From Octopus bimaculoides (Eukaryota), in assembly GCF_001194135.2 (NCBI RefSeq), contig NC_068989.1:63636896-63671103 (forward strand): 34,208 nucleotides of DNA, written 5' to 3'. The translations under genes and the position numbers were made by a program. The notes below the pieces were generated by a model that saw only the letters and a program-made list of their open reading frames with translations, ran no database searches and was not told the origin of the DNA. Shown here one piece after another: positions 11,946-23,290 of the stretch (positions are counted from its first letter, which is position 1; each line of letters starts with the position of its first letter).

Positions 11946-12359
11946 ATCAAATATTGTGTGTATATATATATATATTTACATATTCGACTGTAATTTTGAG
12001 TGGTGGTTCGTTGCAGAATAACGTTTTGGGGATAAATCCCTCATGGCACGGGCGATAGTCATAGAAAGGCGAAACTGTAAACCGGTGAATAAGTAAAATA
12101 CATACAGGATATGCGATCGATAATGTATGCAACAATAGCGTTGCTTTTAAATCGTAATTGAATGTAGGGCAAAATTGAATCTACATTCCCTCGAAGCACA
12201 TTTGCTTATTCCAGTATTACAATCCAGTATGAGGTAGTTTTTGTAGCTGTTGCAATGATGTGAGGTGCATAGTAAGGTTGGAAATTCTGGAAATATTGTT
12301 TGCAGTGTTATCATATAACGAAAACAGGTTATTGCAAAATTATTTCCAAATTTCTGTTT

Positions 12360-12750
12360 TGCTACATCCCAACCACATGATTGCAGATTCAGGACCACTG
12401 CGTAACACGTTGGGAAAGTGTCTTCTATTATAGCATCGGGCCGACCTAAGTCTTGTAAGTGGATTTGGTAGGCAGAAACTGAAAGAAGTCTGTCGTATTT
12501 ATATGTGTGTGGTNNNNNNNNNNNNNNNNNNNNNNNNNGGGGGGGGGGGGGTGCGCCTTTGTGTCGGTGGTTCTCACCCACAACCGCTTGACAACCAGTG
12601 TTGGTATGTTTATATCCCCGCAATCTTGCAGTTCGGCGAAAGATTCCGATAGAATAATTAGTTTTTCGACTAACACCCTTCAAAGCGTATCTCCAGTGTG
12701 ATCGCACTCAAATAATTGTCACAAGTAAGTGAATAAAAGAATAAAGGACT
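12360..12750 (+). mobile_element. SINE family A, degenerate and 5'-eroded
   Basis: ccaaccacatg...aagtgtcttctattatagcatcgggccgacc...gtggatttggtaggcagaaactgaaagaag...cgcttgacaaccagtgttgg aligns with 15856-16171. Confidence 0.85.
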
Positions 12751-13704
12751 ATGTATATCGTTGCTCAGTTTTATTTCAAGATTTCTTGCCAATAGAGAAA
12801 GAGCCGGTTTCCAATTCTCCTTTGGAATTTCAGCATCAAGAGCAGAGTATGTATGTATGTATGTAAGCATGCATGTATGTATGTATGTATGTATGTATGT
12901 ATATGTGCTGATAGACGATTCTAACCTAGATCCAAGGCTCCTTCATTTGAATTTCGACATCAATGCATGTATCTATGTAGGATCATCAAATAAAAAATGA
13001 GCTATGTATAATACACATTGGCCATTGGTATGAATATGAACTAAATAGACAAATACAGGTATATCAAATACCATGCAATATGAATTTGTTAGTTATTTAA
13101 TGTATCTTACCTAACACCCACCCACTCCCAGTATGTGTCAAAATTACCAAAAGGCATTTGTTAACAATTCTGTAGGACATGGCTTTTCCCGGCATTAACA
13201 TGACTTTAAGAAAAATGACAAGCTTTTTTTTTTCCTGGAGAGCAGACAACAGTCGTGGATAAGTGTTTATATAATGTTAAAAAATATCCAACACAGAAGA
13301 TGTGGAAAGAACAAGAAGAAAGGAAATGCGCTGTTCCTTTTTCGTTGTCGTTAATTCGAAAGAACACTGTAATTAAAGTACGAGAATATGTCTTGAAATG
13401 CAGATTATAGCTAACAAATTATTTGAAAATACATTATCATATCTTCCAAAATTGCATATCAATTATACATTACAACATCATTTCATGGTTGTGTATACCC
13501 GTCTACATTTTCATATTAAACCATTTCAAAACATTATTAACCACACTAAAATACAAAATTACAAAATACATAATTAAGCGTTACAAAGTACATAATTACA
13601 AAACGGCTTCATTCCTTAGACAAGATAGATATACAATGTATGTAATGGCTTGCTACCAACCATTACACACGAACTAATGAATATATTTTGTACTATTAAA
13701 GTTA

Positions 13705-14000
13705 GAGGAGATATGATTGTATGTAACAAAACAAACTGTAACATCATAGACTTGCAATATGATATGATAAAAGAGCGGATGCCAAAGATGAGTAAATTGA
13801 AAAGTATCAGAATCTAATCAAACCGAAAATAATCCTTTAGAAGCCAAAGGTGATAATTACCCCGAGAGTAACTGAGGCACTTCGCACAACGCCTAAATTA
13901 TTACTTAAGAATCTGAAGACTACTGAAATCAACACACTCCTTATCAAGTGGCAGAAAAAATACCATCGTACGGAAGGTTCTTGAGAACTGAGATAACATA
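13705..14000 (+). mobile_element. Highly decayed 3' end of an RLE-type non-LTR retrotransposon (R4/Dong-like)
   Basis: Frameshifted remnants DMIVCNKT..IID, IEKYQNL, KVII..EALRTTPK and cgtacggaaggttcttgagaactga (VRKVLEN*), comparable to the cleaner copy at 22767-23290. Confidence 0.55.
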
Positions 14001-14094
14001 TTGCCAGAAGGCTTCTTGTTAAACTGTCTGGTAATTATACTAGCATGTAATAGGTGCTTTGTAATAATAGCAACAACGGTAATAATAATCCTCT

Positions 14095-14301
14095 CTTGTG
14101 GAAGCACAAGGTCCCAAATTTGGAGGAAGGGATTAAGTCGATTACATCGAACCCAGTGCGTTACTGGTACTAATTTTATCGACCCCAAAAGGATGAAAGA
14201 CGAAGTCAACAACGGCGGAATTTGAACTCAGAACGTAACGGCAGACGAAATACCACTAAGCATTTCGCCCGGTTTGCTAACGATTCTGCCAGCTCACCAC
14301 C
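14095..14301 (-). mobile_element. tRNA-type SINE family B
   Basis: Minus strand reads gggtggtgagctggcagaatcgttagc (A-box-like)...ttctgagttcaaattccgcc (B-box-like)...ggggtcgataaaattagtaccag...gatgtaatcgacttaatccc. Confidence 0.88.
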
Positions 14302-14553
14302 CTACAAAAGGTAATAATAATAATAACAATAATAATGAGAAGAGGAAGAAGAAGAACAAGAACAGCAACAAAATATGTGAATATGCATATATATTTACAC
14401 ATATTTATACACATTATTTACATGATTTACATTTGACTGATATTTTTTTCTTATCTTGTTTGTTGTTCATGCAACGTTTCTATATATATATATATAAATT
14501 TGAACTATACACATATATACACATATAAATATATTTATGTATGTTATTATAAG

Positions 14554-14709
14554 CATAATGCATCTATTCAAAAGCGCCGACTGCAACTTTACTTAGAACC
14601 TCTCAATGATCGTTTTGAAGTCAACATGAATAAGAGAGAGATCGCTGGTTTCGATGGCATAAATAGTTCCATGAGACTGGGCAAACGCAGTTTTTATATT
14701 ACTATTTAA
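14554..14709 (+). CDS. Candidate terminal exon of a neuropeptide precursor
   Basis: HNASIQ-KRR-LQLYLEPLNDRFEVNMN-KR-EIAGFDGINSSMRL-G-KR-SFYITI*: three basic cleavage sites and a Gly-Lys-Arg amidation signal in 51 codons of non-repetitive sequence. Possible acceptors ttattatAAG|cat (14553) and ctttacttAG|aa (14596). No signal-peptide exon was found. Confidence 0.35.
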   Translation, partial: HNASIQKRRLQLYLEPLNDRFEVNMNKREIAGFDGINSSMRLGKRSFYITI

Positions 14710-15855
14710 ATCAGGTCCAAATATCAATGTGGAGATTTTGATGGAATATCACTTTTATCAGCTCTAGAGGAAATGCTGGCCCTTATACCTTTGGAAGACC
14801 TAAAATTCTTTACGTTCTCAGTTTAAATTGCGCAGGAGTCAACAATTATTTATTGGTACAATATATTACCAAAAAGGGGCCTTGTGCCGAAATCGTCTCT
14901 TAGTTAGTTAGAAATATCAGTCAACTCGCTCTCATTTCCCACCCTACCATCTTAAGCCTGTATCTTTCCAAAGCATTTTCATAAGTTTGTCCTAAACGTC
15001 CATGCTTTTTTCCAGACTTTTAGTTAGTTTCTTTCATACGTGCTGAGAAATATAAAGCTTCCTTTTCATAGGTCCCGGGTTATTGCGTTGGTTGGAAAAA
15101 ACTGTAACTGTGTATGATGTATGGAAGTCAGGAAATATCTCCTGTGTAACATGTTTGATTTACAGGGCAAGGCTAAACAAGATGAATGGTACATAAGAAA
15201 ATGCAGTATTTCATCCCTGAGAAAGTCAGAATTTTTACGATTTCAAATTGGATATAGTAATACGTTTGGTTGTTCAGGGTTGTCCTGGGTTCAACGTCAA
15301 CAAAATATAAATGCAATGTAAAGTAACGATTTTATTCTGTATGTTTACTGACCACTATTTATTATTTAGAATCCAAACCACTGTGAGACGTATCGCTAAT
15401 TGAGTCCACCACTAATGTTCATACGGTGTATGAAATTACTTGACAGTCTGTAATGTGGCTCTCCTGCTGCGTCACATGTGAATTCCACATAATTAATGCT
15501 ACTTTATTCTCGTCCAATCAAACTGTTTTCTGTTTTTCATATTGATAATGGTATTTCATGTCCTTGATATAGTTCTATACAGTTTTATATTTCAATTTCT
15601 TTAACCCTCTTTTTTTACATCGATGAATATTCCCACTTACCAATATATAATCCGCACGCCGATACATGTACACGCACACACACCCAACTACCCCGCACCC
15701 CCCCCCATTCACACACACACTTCAACACACGCACACATAGTGGCGGCAAAAGGCATTCTTGAAAAACGTTTCAACACCAATTGCACAGTGAGCACTTGTG
15801 AAAACTGTGATGGTAACTGAAAAAGTGGTGAAACATTAGCTACATTAGCTACATA

Positions 15856-16025
15856 GACGTAGGAGTGGCTGTGTGGTAAGTAGCTTGCTTACGAACCACA
15901 TGGTTCCAGGTTCAGTCCCACTGCGTGGCACCTTGGGCAAGTGTCTTCTACTATAGCCTCGGGCCGACCAAAGCCTTGTGAGTGGATTTGGTAGACGGAA
16001 ACTGAAAGAAGCCCGTCGTATATAT

Positions 16026-16059
<34 letters not shown>

Positions 16060-16171
16060 ATATGTTGTGTATCTGTGTTTGTCCCTCCAACATCGCTTGA
16101 CAACCGATGCTGGTGTGCTTAGGTCCCCGTAACTTAGCGGTTCGGCAAAAAGAGACCGATAGAATAAGTAC
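15856..16171 (+). mobile_element. tRNA-type SINE family A, near-intact (3' end in gap)
   Basis: A-box-like TGGCTGTGTGG, B-box-like GGTTCAGTCCC; closely matches 24366-24699; internal (TA/TG)n tract. Confidence 0.92.
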
Positions 16172-17068
16172 NNNNNNNNNNNNNNNNNNNNNNNNNNNNN
16201 NNNNNNNNNNNNNNNNNNNNNNNNNNNNNNNNNNNNNNNNNNNNNNNNNNNNNNNNNNNNNNNNNNNNNNNNNNNNNNNNNNNNNNNNNNNNNNNNNNNN
16301 NNNNNNNNNNNNNNNNNNNNNNNNNNNNNNNNNNNNNNNNNNNNNNNNNNNNNNNNNNNNNNNNNNNNNNNNNNNNNNNNNNNNNNNNNNNNNNNNNNNN
16401 NNNNNNNNNNNNNNNNNNNNNNNNNNNNNNNNNNNNNNNNNNNNNNNNNNNNNNNNNNNNNNNNNNNNNNNNNNNNNNNNNNNNNNNNNNNNNNNNNNNN
16501 NNNNNNNNNNNNNNNNNNNNNNNNNNNNNNNNNNNNNNNNNNNNNNNNNNNNNNNNNNNNNNNNNNNNNNNNNNNNNNNNNNNNNNNNNNNNNNNNNNNN
16601 NNNNNNNNNNNNNNNNNNNNNNNNNNNNNNNNNNNNNNNNNNNNNNNNNNNNNNNNNNNNNNNNNNNNNNNNNNNNNNNNNNNNNNNNNNNNNNNNNNNN
16701 NNNNNNNNNNNNNNNNNNNNNNNNNNNNNNNNNNNNNNNNNNNNNNNNNNNNNNNNNNNNNNNNNNNNNNNNNNNNNNNNNNNNNNNNNNNNNNNNNNNN
16801 NNNNNNNNNNNNNNNNNNNNNNNNNNNNNNNNNNNNNNNNNNNNNNNNNNNNNNNNNNNNNNNNNNNNNNNNNNNNNNNNNNNNNNNNNNNNNNNNNNNN
16901 NNNNNNNNNNNNNNNNNNNNNNNNNNNNNNNNNNNNNNNNNNNNNNNNNNNNNNNNNNNNNNNNNNNNNGGTTTGGGTGTGTGTGTGTGTGTGTGTGTGT
17001 GCGGGGTGTATGTTATCCACACCGTACGTTAATCTATTGCTCTTCCATGTGTATATTCGTTTATTCAA

Positions 17069-17282
17069 GGCGGCAAGCCGGCAGAATCTTTAGCAAGCCG
17101 GGAAAAAGAAACTTTCACTGTTTCGTTCTGTCTTTACGTTACGACTTCGAATTCCGCCGAGGTCGGCTTTACTTTTCATCTTCTTGCGGTCGATCAAATC
17201 AGTACCAGTTGGATCGTTGTAATCGATAAACTTCTCCCTTAAAATTGCTGGTATTGTGCCAAAATTAGAAATCGTTATTAAT
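17069..17282 (+). mobile_element. tRNA-type SINE family B
   Basis: ggcggcaagccggcagaatc...ttcgaattccgccgaggtcggcttt...gtaccagtt...gtaatcga...aaattgctggtattgtgccaaaattagaaa, homologous to 14095-14301 in the opposite orientation. Confidence 0.85.
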
Positions 17283-18289
17283 TGCTAAAGTTGTTTTTAT
17301 TCTTTACCGATTGCAAAAATGGACTATCATAAGGAAAATAAGTAACTGGGAATTGAAATTTATGTCTTAAGCATGTTTATAACAGTGTAAATATAGTGAA
17401 ATCAGTTCAGTCTTCTAACGAACGTCTGTCGCGCACACGGCTCGCTATCTCCTGCACAATTGGCTTTTCTATGTCTTTCTGATTTTTAAAAAGAGCGTCA
17501 CAATTATACTTTCTGCTGCTATAAACGTTTAGTGAACAGATGTAACATTTTCTTGTCACCTCTAGAAAATTTGTTTTTAATATCGTGTTTAAAAGTTAAA
17601 GCATTTTCAAAGTCGAACGGCTATTTGTACTTAAAACGTTATTTTCCTTTAGTAATTGCAAATAAACTTTCATTATTGAATCAAAATTAAATGCTGTCAA
17701 TTATATATTCTTTCTTTTTGTTTAAAAAAAAAACGATAAAAAAATGAATTTTCATTTCAATGATGTTATCATTGTAGCATGCAGTAATAAAATTGGCATG
17801 CTTCTGATGGATTCTTTGTGCAACAATAAATACATTTTTACATTTGTCAAATAAAATATTTGTTTTCCAATTGTTAAACAAAAGTTTTGTTTTCTAAAAG
17901 TTAAATGGATATTATGTTAGCATGTTAGCTGTCATATGGATTCTTCAATTCCATTAAGACAAGAAATTAACAGGAGCTAGTCAAACAGGAAAAAGTAGAA
18001 AAAAAATCTCATGGATTTATTACAAGCAAATTGGAATAAACGTAAATTTTATCAAATTATTTTCACTGGGTACAAAACTAATGTTTACTAGGAAGAAGCA
18101 GAGTTAATTGAATTTATATGCAATATATTATATGAATCCTTTTTAAGACACTCAGTAGACTAAACGTCTGGTACTTAACTGCAGCTTCTGTAGTGTTATA
18201 TAGCTGGACAGCAAATTGATGCCATTAATGCTTCCAGAAAATCTGCAAAAATATTTCCAGCAACTACTTATGTTTTATGATAAACATAG

Positions 18290-18385
18290 CATGGCCTTGT
18301 GATTAAAATGGTAGCATCATACCACATATTTCCAAGTTCAATCTTCCTGCGTGGTACTTCAAGTAAAAGTCTGTTTTTTTAAATT
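18290..18385 (+). mobile_element. Decayed SINE head, family A-like
   Basis: catggccttgtgattaaaatgg...accacatatttccaagttcaatcttcctgcgtggtac resembles the head of 15856. Confidence 0.45.
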
Positions 18386-18758
18386 TTACCTATGCGTGAA
18401 ATTTATTAGACGGAAACGGCGTAGAAATGAGTCATTTCATACGTGAGGTGGGCCTCTGAGTGTATGTGTATGAGCAAGAAGTGTGTGTGGGCGTGAGTGT
18501 ATCTCTGTGTGGGTGTATAAAAATTACAAAAATATGACAAAGATAAGCCGTTCCATAGAGAGAGTCTGATTAAATAGTCGCCAGACTGAAATAAGCACCA
18601 ACTCAGTATTTTCAATTAGAATCCCTTGAAAGTGTTGACCAGGAGTGCGTTAATCTAGTGTCTGAAGTCAACATAATACGCATTGAAACCTGTACATTGA
18701 AATGGAAATCTCACCGTCATGAACTAGTTCAAAGTGAAATCGACTCTTAACTCGTCAC

Positions 18759-18895
18759 CTGTACTTGGTTACTTATTGGAGCATCTTGTGTAGTTGTGGT
18801 TTTAGTCTGAACGGAGGCTGGACCTTTGTTAGTGTTATCGCTTCTACTTCTTTGGCTGCTTTGTTGTTTATATCTATAATTTTGACCGAGGAGAT
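18759..18895 (-). CDS. Candidate internal exon (Gln/Ser/Thr-rich), phase 1 to 0
   Basis: 137 nt reading (D)LLGQNYRYKQQSSQRSRSDNTNKGPASVQTKTTTTQDAPISNQVQ; donor CAG|GTGACG, weak acceptor aatcgtAG. The other two frames contain stops. Confidence 0.35.
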
Positions 18896-20337
18896 CTACG
18901 ATTTAAGACGTTACAGACATGATGATCCTATATATTTTCTTTCAGACATAATNNNNNNNNNNNNNNNNNNNNNATATATATATATATAATGCTACATTTT
19001 CCAATGTGTCTTTGATTTAAGAGTAAAGTATGTGATGGGATGACTGCAGGTTAGGAAAAAAATTATTTTTAGCAAATGGAGCGACTGTATAGAAGTTCCA
19101 CGCTTAACTCAGGTGTTTCCTGCAGAAAGGCTGATATGAAGTTAAGTAGAACAAATTATCGGTGCTACGCAAGACAAAGAAAGTGAGAGATTCGGTAGAC
19201 CACCAGACTAAGTACCTATAAAAGTCCATTTATATTAGTTCAAATTCCGCTTAGGTAAGCTTTAATTTTCATCCTCTGAAACAAAGCAAAAGTGCTCCCG
19301 AATCTTTTAAAACTATCGGTATAATCCATCATATCTCTTTAAATAGACTTAGCCCAATCTAAGATTTACATTGTTATAAATGTTGTTGATATTTTGTTTA
19401 TTAGTGTCGCCAAAACTTTTAAGCTGTATTTGTGTAGTTGAAGTGTGTGGTATTGGATTTAATTGAAGCAATCATTACTAGCAGTTCAAAATGTTTCAGT
19501 ACTTTATTAAATTTCGAGATATCACAGGAGGGAAAACAAAAGAGACACATATTTAATTCTGACCTTTGAACTGCTGAAACATAACCGATTCAGAATGTAA
19601 TAATGACAACGCTTCAAGTGATTAATGATTCCTTTGTAACATTAATCAAACATCATGCAGCGTATATTTTAGTTTCTGACATATATTATTACAAAGTAAA
19701 ATTTCGAATTTTCGAGCTGTATAATTAGCTGCGTTTAAGAATTGAACCGATGACCTCTGGATGAAGGAACATTCTTCAAAAGGCCGGATGTTATACTTCA
19801 TTTTGTCACTCAGTGAACAGTGACCAATTATCTGACATTGTTTTCATCCTATCACCTATTAAAGATTTCAGGGTTAAACACGGGAAATGCGAAGCAAAAT
19901 GTACACAGCTCATCTGACATTATCTGCATTCGAGGAATCTTAAAAGAATACATTTTATGAAAAATCTGATTGATAGTCAAATTTTCGATAACTTCATTTT
20001 CCTTACGTCAAAAATTCGGTTGGATTTATAGAAAGGCTCATATCTCTTAAGTGCATCACTGAACTGAATATTAAGTTTACTGCAAAAACTGAATTTAATA
20101 TGAGAAAAATTCCACTATACAATCAATCACACAGAATCAGAATTCTTAATTAAAGATTCTTGCACTAGACCAAGAAATAGCGAAATTACTTTACACGATG
20201 ATCAATAACACTTTACTTAAATTAGGATGCATCTGCTAAATTGTTCAACGTTAGAGATATATCAAGTATACGCATGCCCTTTGTAAAGTGTTCGAGCTTC
20301 TTAGAGCAATGTCACTATTCTTACTCGAGATGTAAGC

Positions 20338-20695
20338 AAAATTTACGAGAAAGGAAAGCCGATACATGTTCACACAAAAGTGTTTATATTCGCAGACCAG
20401 TTTGTATCTGGTTAAATATTAATAGCACTAAAAGTCACTTCGTCAGAAATTGTAGGCCCTTCTGCAGTTTCTTGCTTTTGGTTGATTGATTACTTGAAAT
20501 TCTACTATTTAAATGTGAATAATAACAAAATTCACGAGAATGGAAAGCCTATACATGTCGATACAAAAATGTTTATATTCGCAGAACAGTTTATATCAGA
20601 TAAAAATTCTAGTAACACTGGAAGTCAATCCGGCAGAATTTGGTTGTCCGACAGTTTCGACGATGAGCATTCTGTTGATTACTTGAAATTGAAGG
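20338..20695. repeat. Diverged tandem duplication, period about 189 bp
   Basis: aaatttacgagaaaggaaagccgatacatg...tgtttatattcgcagaccagttt...ttgattacttgaaatt recurs as aaattcacgagaatggaaagcctatacatg...tgtttatattcgcagaacagttt...ttgattacttgaaatt. Confidence 0.85.
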
Positions 20696-21009
20696 GTACA
20701 CAGATTCTGGTGCTTCAGATACGTGTACCAATAATTTAATCCTTAAGTCAAATTCTATGTGTCACTCACAAATTCTGTGTATGACTATCAAACAAAATTC
20801 ACAAAGAAAATAGACGAGGCAAAATTAATCGACTTCAATATTTAAATGATACTTTACTTACCAATCCCAAAATAGCAGAATTTGAACGAACACACACACA
20901 CACCATGTTCGAGAAAAAAATGACTTTTTTAATAAAATGCAAAACCCATCATGTCCCACCCAAATATAAAGTATTTTTTAAAAAATTCAACTAGATTATG
21001 GTTGAGATA

Positions 21010-21600
21010 TAAGAATTTACTGAAATATCCGCCATAAGCAGCCTCCACAAACCCAACACTGCCCGGAACCTGTCGCAGGCGTTCCTCACTGTTTCTCTTG
21101 GAAGATCATCGAACCCCTCCTTGGTCTTGGCTATCAACTTGACCTTTGTATTGCAAGAAGAGCGACTGGTGTCTTTCTAATCTGCAGGACACGCAAAGTA
21201 ATCTGTAGGATTAAAATCGGTGGAATTCAGAGGCCAGAAATTGACACTGGTGAAATTGTCCAAATTTTCAAACAACCATTTTTGAATTCTCCGTAGGTAG
21301 ACAAGCACCCGAATCCTACTGCTATACATATGAACTTTCAGCAGCAATCCTCCCCTGGAAGGGATTTACCACAGTCTGTAGCAGCTTCTCGTAAGAGTAT
21401 GAATTGAAAAGAGTATGAATTGAGCCGGTGTCCAGACTTATTCAGAACACCTGCTGTGTACTTTTCTGCTAGCCTGGTTTTGTAGTGTTCGTTACAGTTG
21501 TCCAAATCTTGCCATACAGCTTTTTCTGTGTTCACAGAGGAGTGAGCAGTAGTCGTGATGTCAGTATTTTGATGCCTTGCGCGAATCATCAAGATACAGG
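21010..21600 (-). mobile_element. Internally deleted Tc1/mariner-superfamily transposase remnant (DD37D/maT-like)
   Basis: Minus strand gives NFWPLNSTDFNPTDYF (cf. FWPPNSPDLNPLDY), KDTSRSSCNTK, FDDLPRETVRNACDRFR, VEAAYGGYF, and an N-terminal piece MMIRARHQNTDITTTAHSSVNT. Stops and frameshifts present. Subfamily assignment is from recall. Confidence 0.75.
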
Positions 21601-21699
21601 TAACTATTATCCAATATTCAGATAGCTCCAGTCCTCCAATTCAGCTAACTTTTCTACACTACAACTTTAATGTTCATGCTCAACGCCATTGATTGTTCA

Positions 21700-22000
21700 C
21701 CAATACATCAAGCAATTTCTGGTCTTTTCCCATCCAGGACCACCAGCTTGCATTCTTGGTCTAGAAAGATGACCTTTGTCTTGAAATCCAGGCATTTTCG
21801 GACCAACAACGCAGTCCCAACTCCATTTCCCCCATCGACTTGGGGACAAATAAATCTCGTGTCCACCGAAAATGGGTATGAAAGCGTGTCGACTGGGAAA
21901 TCTAGTCTCACTGATAGTCACGTCATCTGTATTTAGGGACCTAAGTTGGTGGCTGTTTCCAAGGTGCTCCCACCCCGCATGCCTATTCTGCTATACTGCC
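21700..22000 (-). mobile_element. LINE (Tx1/L1-like) apurinic endonuclease fragment
   Basis: IGSI...LRSLNTDDVTISETR (catalytic Glu motif), then after a frameshift GNGVGTALLVRKCLDFKTKVIFLDQECKLVVLD, typical of the first third of an APE domain. Confidence 0.75.
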
Positions 22001-22766
22001 TATTCTGAGCAAAGCTATGTTTGTCAGAGAGAAGGAGTTTTAAGCGAATCACTTACCCTATTTCTGTGGAGAGACAGGTGTTCTGCTCTTCTGGCTATTT
22101 ATGAGTGTCTCTGCAAGTATTTAATGTAGCGCTTTTTGTTTCTGGTTCCACAGAAATATCCCATTCCTTTGGGATATTTTGCTTTCTATTTGCTGTAATG
22201 TTGCTGCGTTGCTTTTATAATTTTCATATGAACAGGGATGTTATGCGGTGGAGCGATGTAATCACTTAGAATAATGTTGTCTGTGTATTTTTAATGTTTT
22301 ATTAAGTAGTTTATATCTATAGCCGTGTAATTAGTGATGCCTCGAGAGAGCTGTTCATATTGTTGGTCGGGATTTGTATGTTGAGGTGCTTGTTATGTTG
22401 CTGCAGGGTGTGTGGGTGTGTGGCGATTTGTTGGTGTCTGCGTCTCCTTCTCAAACCTATTTTTCAGTCTTCTACTGCACTTTTCGCTTTATTACTTTTG
22501 TTCTTTATTTTTTCATCAATATTCATTCTGGTGGGTTTCCCGCAATATTTTCCTACCTAGACTGGTTTCACACGTAACTTCATATAATTTTGAAAATGAA
22601 CAATCTGGTCTATTGAGTTTAATGGCCAACCAATGTATGTACTGAGTTTCTTTGCCCTAGGTGTCAGGAAGACACTCGGAAAGGAATGGAATCAAAAATG
22701 AAAGAAGAAAGAATAATAATGATAATGATAATAATAATAATGATGATAATAATAATAATAATAATA

Positions 22767-23290
22767 GGTGCCAACATACACCGGAAAAGTTAATGGACGA
22801 AAAGAGTAAGGCAAAATCCTCTGGGACTTTCACTTCCAGACGGACAAGGTGTTAGAGAACCGAAGGCTGGATATAGTAAACATTATAAGGGACAAACAAA
22901 AGTGCCTCATAGTCGATGTGGCAGTGCCAGATCAACATAGTATAACGAAAGAAAGAGAAAAGATTGATAAATATGGAGACAGGAGATTTGAGATCGCCAA
23001 GATGTGGCAGTTACGAGACTCAAACATAAAGGTTATCCTTATAGTTACCGGAGCATTGTGTTCAATACCACCTTACATGAAGAAACATCTAGAAACTTTA
23101 GAAATGCCCTACAATCTAGGTGTATTGCAGAGATCGGCATTACTTAGAACTGCGCGCATATTGCATTAAGTGCTGTCTGTCTGAGATCCTTGTTGTGACT
23201 TGACAGACTGTATAAAACCCGGTAGACGCAATATCTTCATTCAGCAACATCATGATAATGGATACTGTGCGACGTCTTAAATAATAATAG
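22767..23290 (+). mobile_element. 5'-truncated R4/Dong-like non-LTR retrotransposon (restriction-like endonuclease C-terminus and 3' UTR)
   Basis: QHTPEKLMDEK..KILWDFHFQTDKVLENRRLDIV...IVDVAVPDQ..KEREKIDKYGD...VILIVTGALCSIP...LQRSALLRTARILH*VLSV*: degenerate PD..D..K..KY RLE motif with a frameshift and an in-frame stop; ends in an aataataatag tail. Confidence 0.88.

Noticed and set aside
13111-13205. Minus-strand AG|GTAAGA donor with possible upstream acceptors
   Set aside because: The open frame is phase 1 to 1, does not fit neighbouring candidates, and has no recognisable product; such donors occur several times by chance in 34 kb.
15736-15820. EKR-FNTNCTVSTCENCDGN on plus, and TSAHC (serine-protease-like) on minus
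   Set aside because: A single KR, an odd number of Cys and no pyrimidine tract on plus; only a 5-residue resemblance on minus.
15856-15930. tRNA-like A/B boxes in SINE heads as possible tRNA genes
   Set aside because: They continue into shared SINE bodies and I could not fold a cloverleaf.
18765-18952. Transmembrane-looking plus ORF
   Set aside because: Antisense of the Thr/Gln-rich minus frame; the hydrophobicity follows from codon complementarity.
22058-22111. 54-nt minus segment between AG and G|GTAAGT
   Set aside because: Stops in all three frames, and it lies next to LINE-derived sequence.
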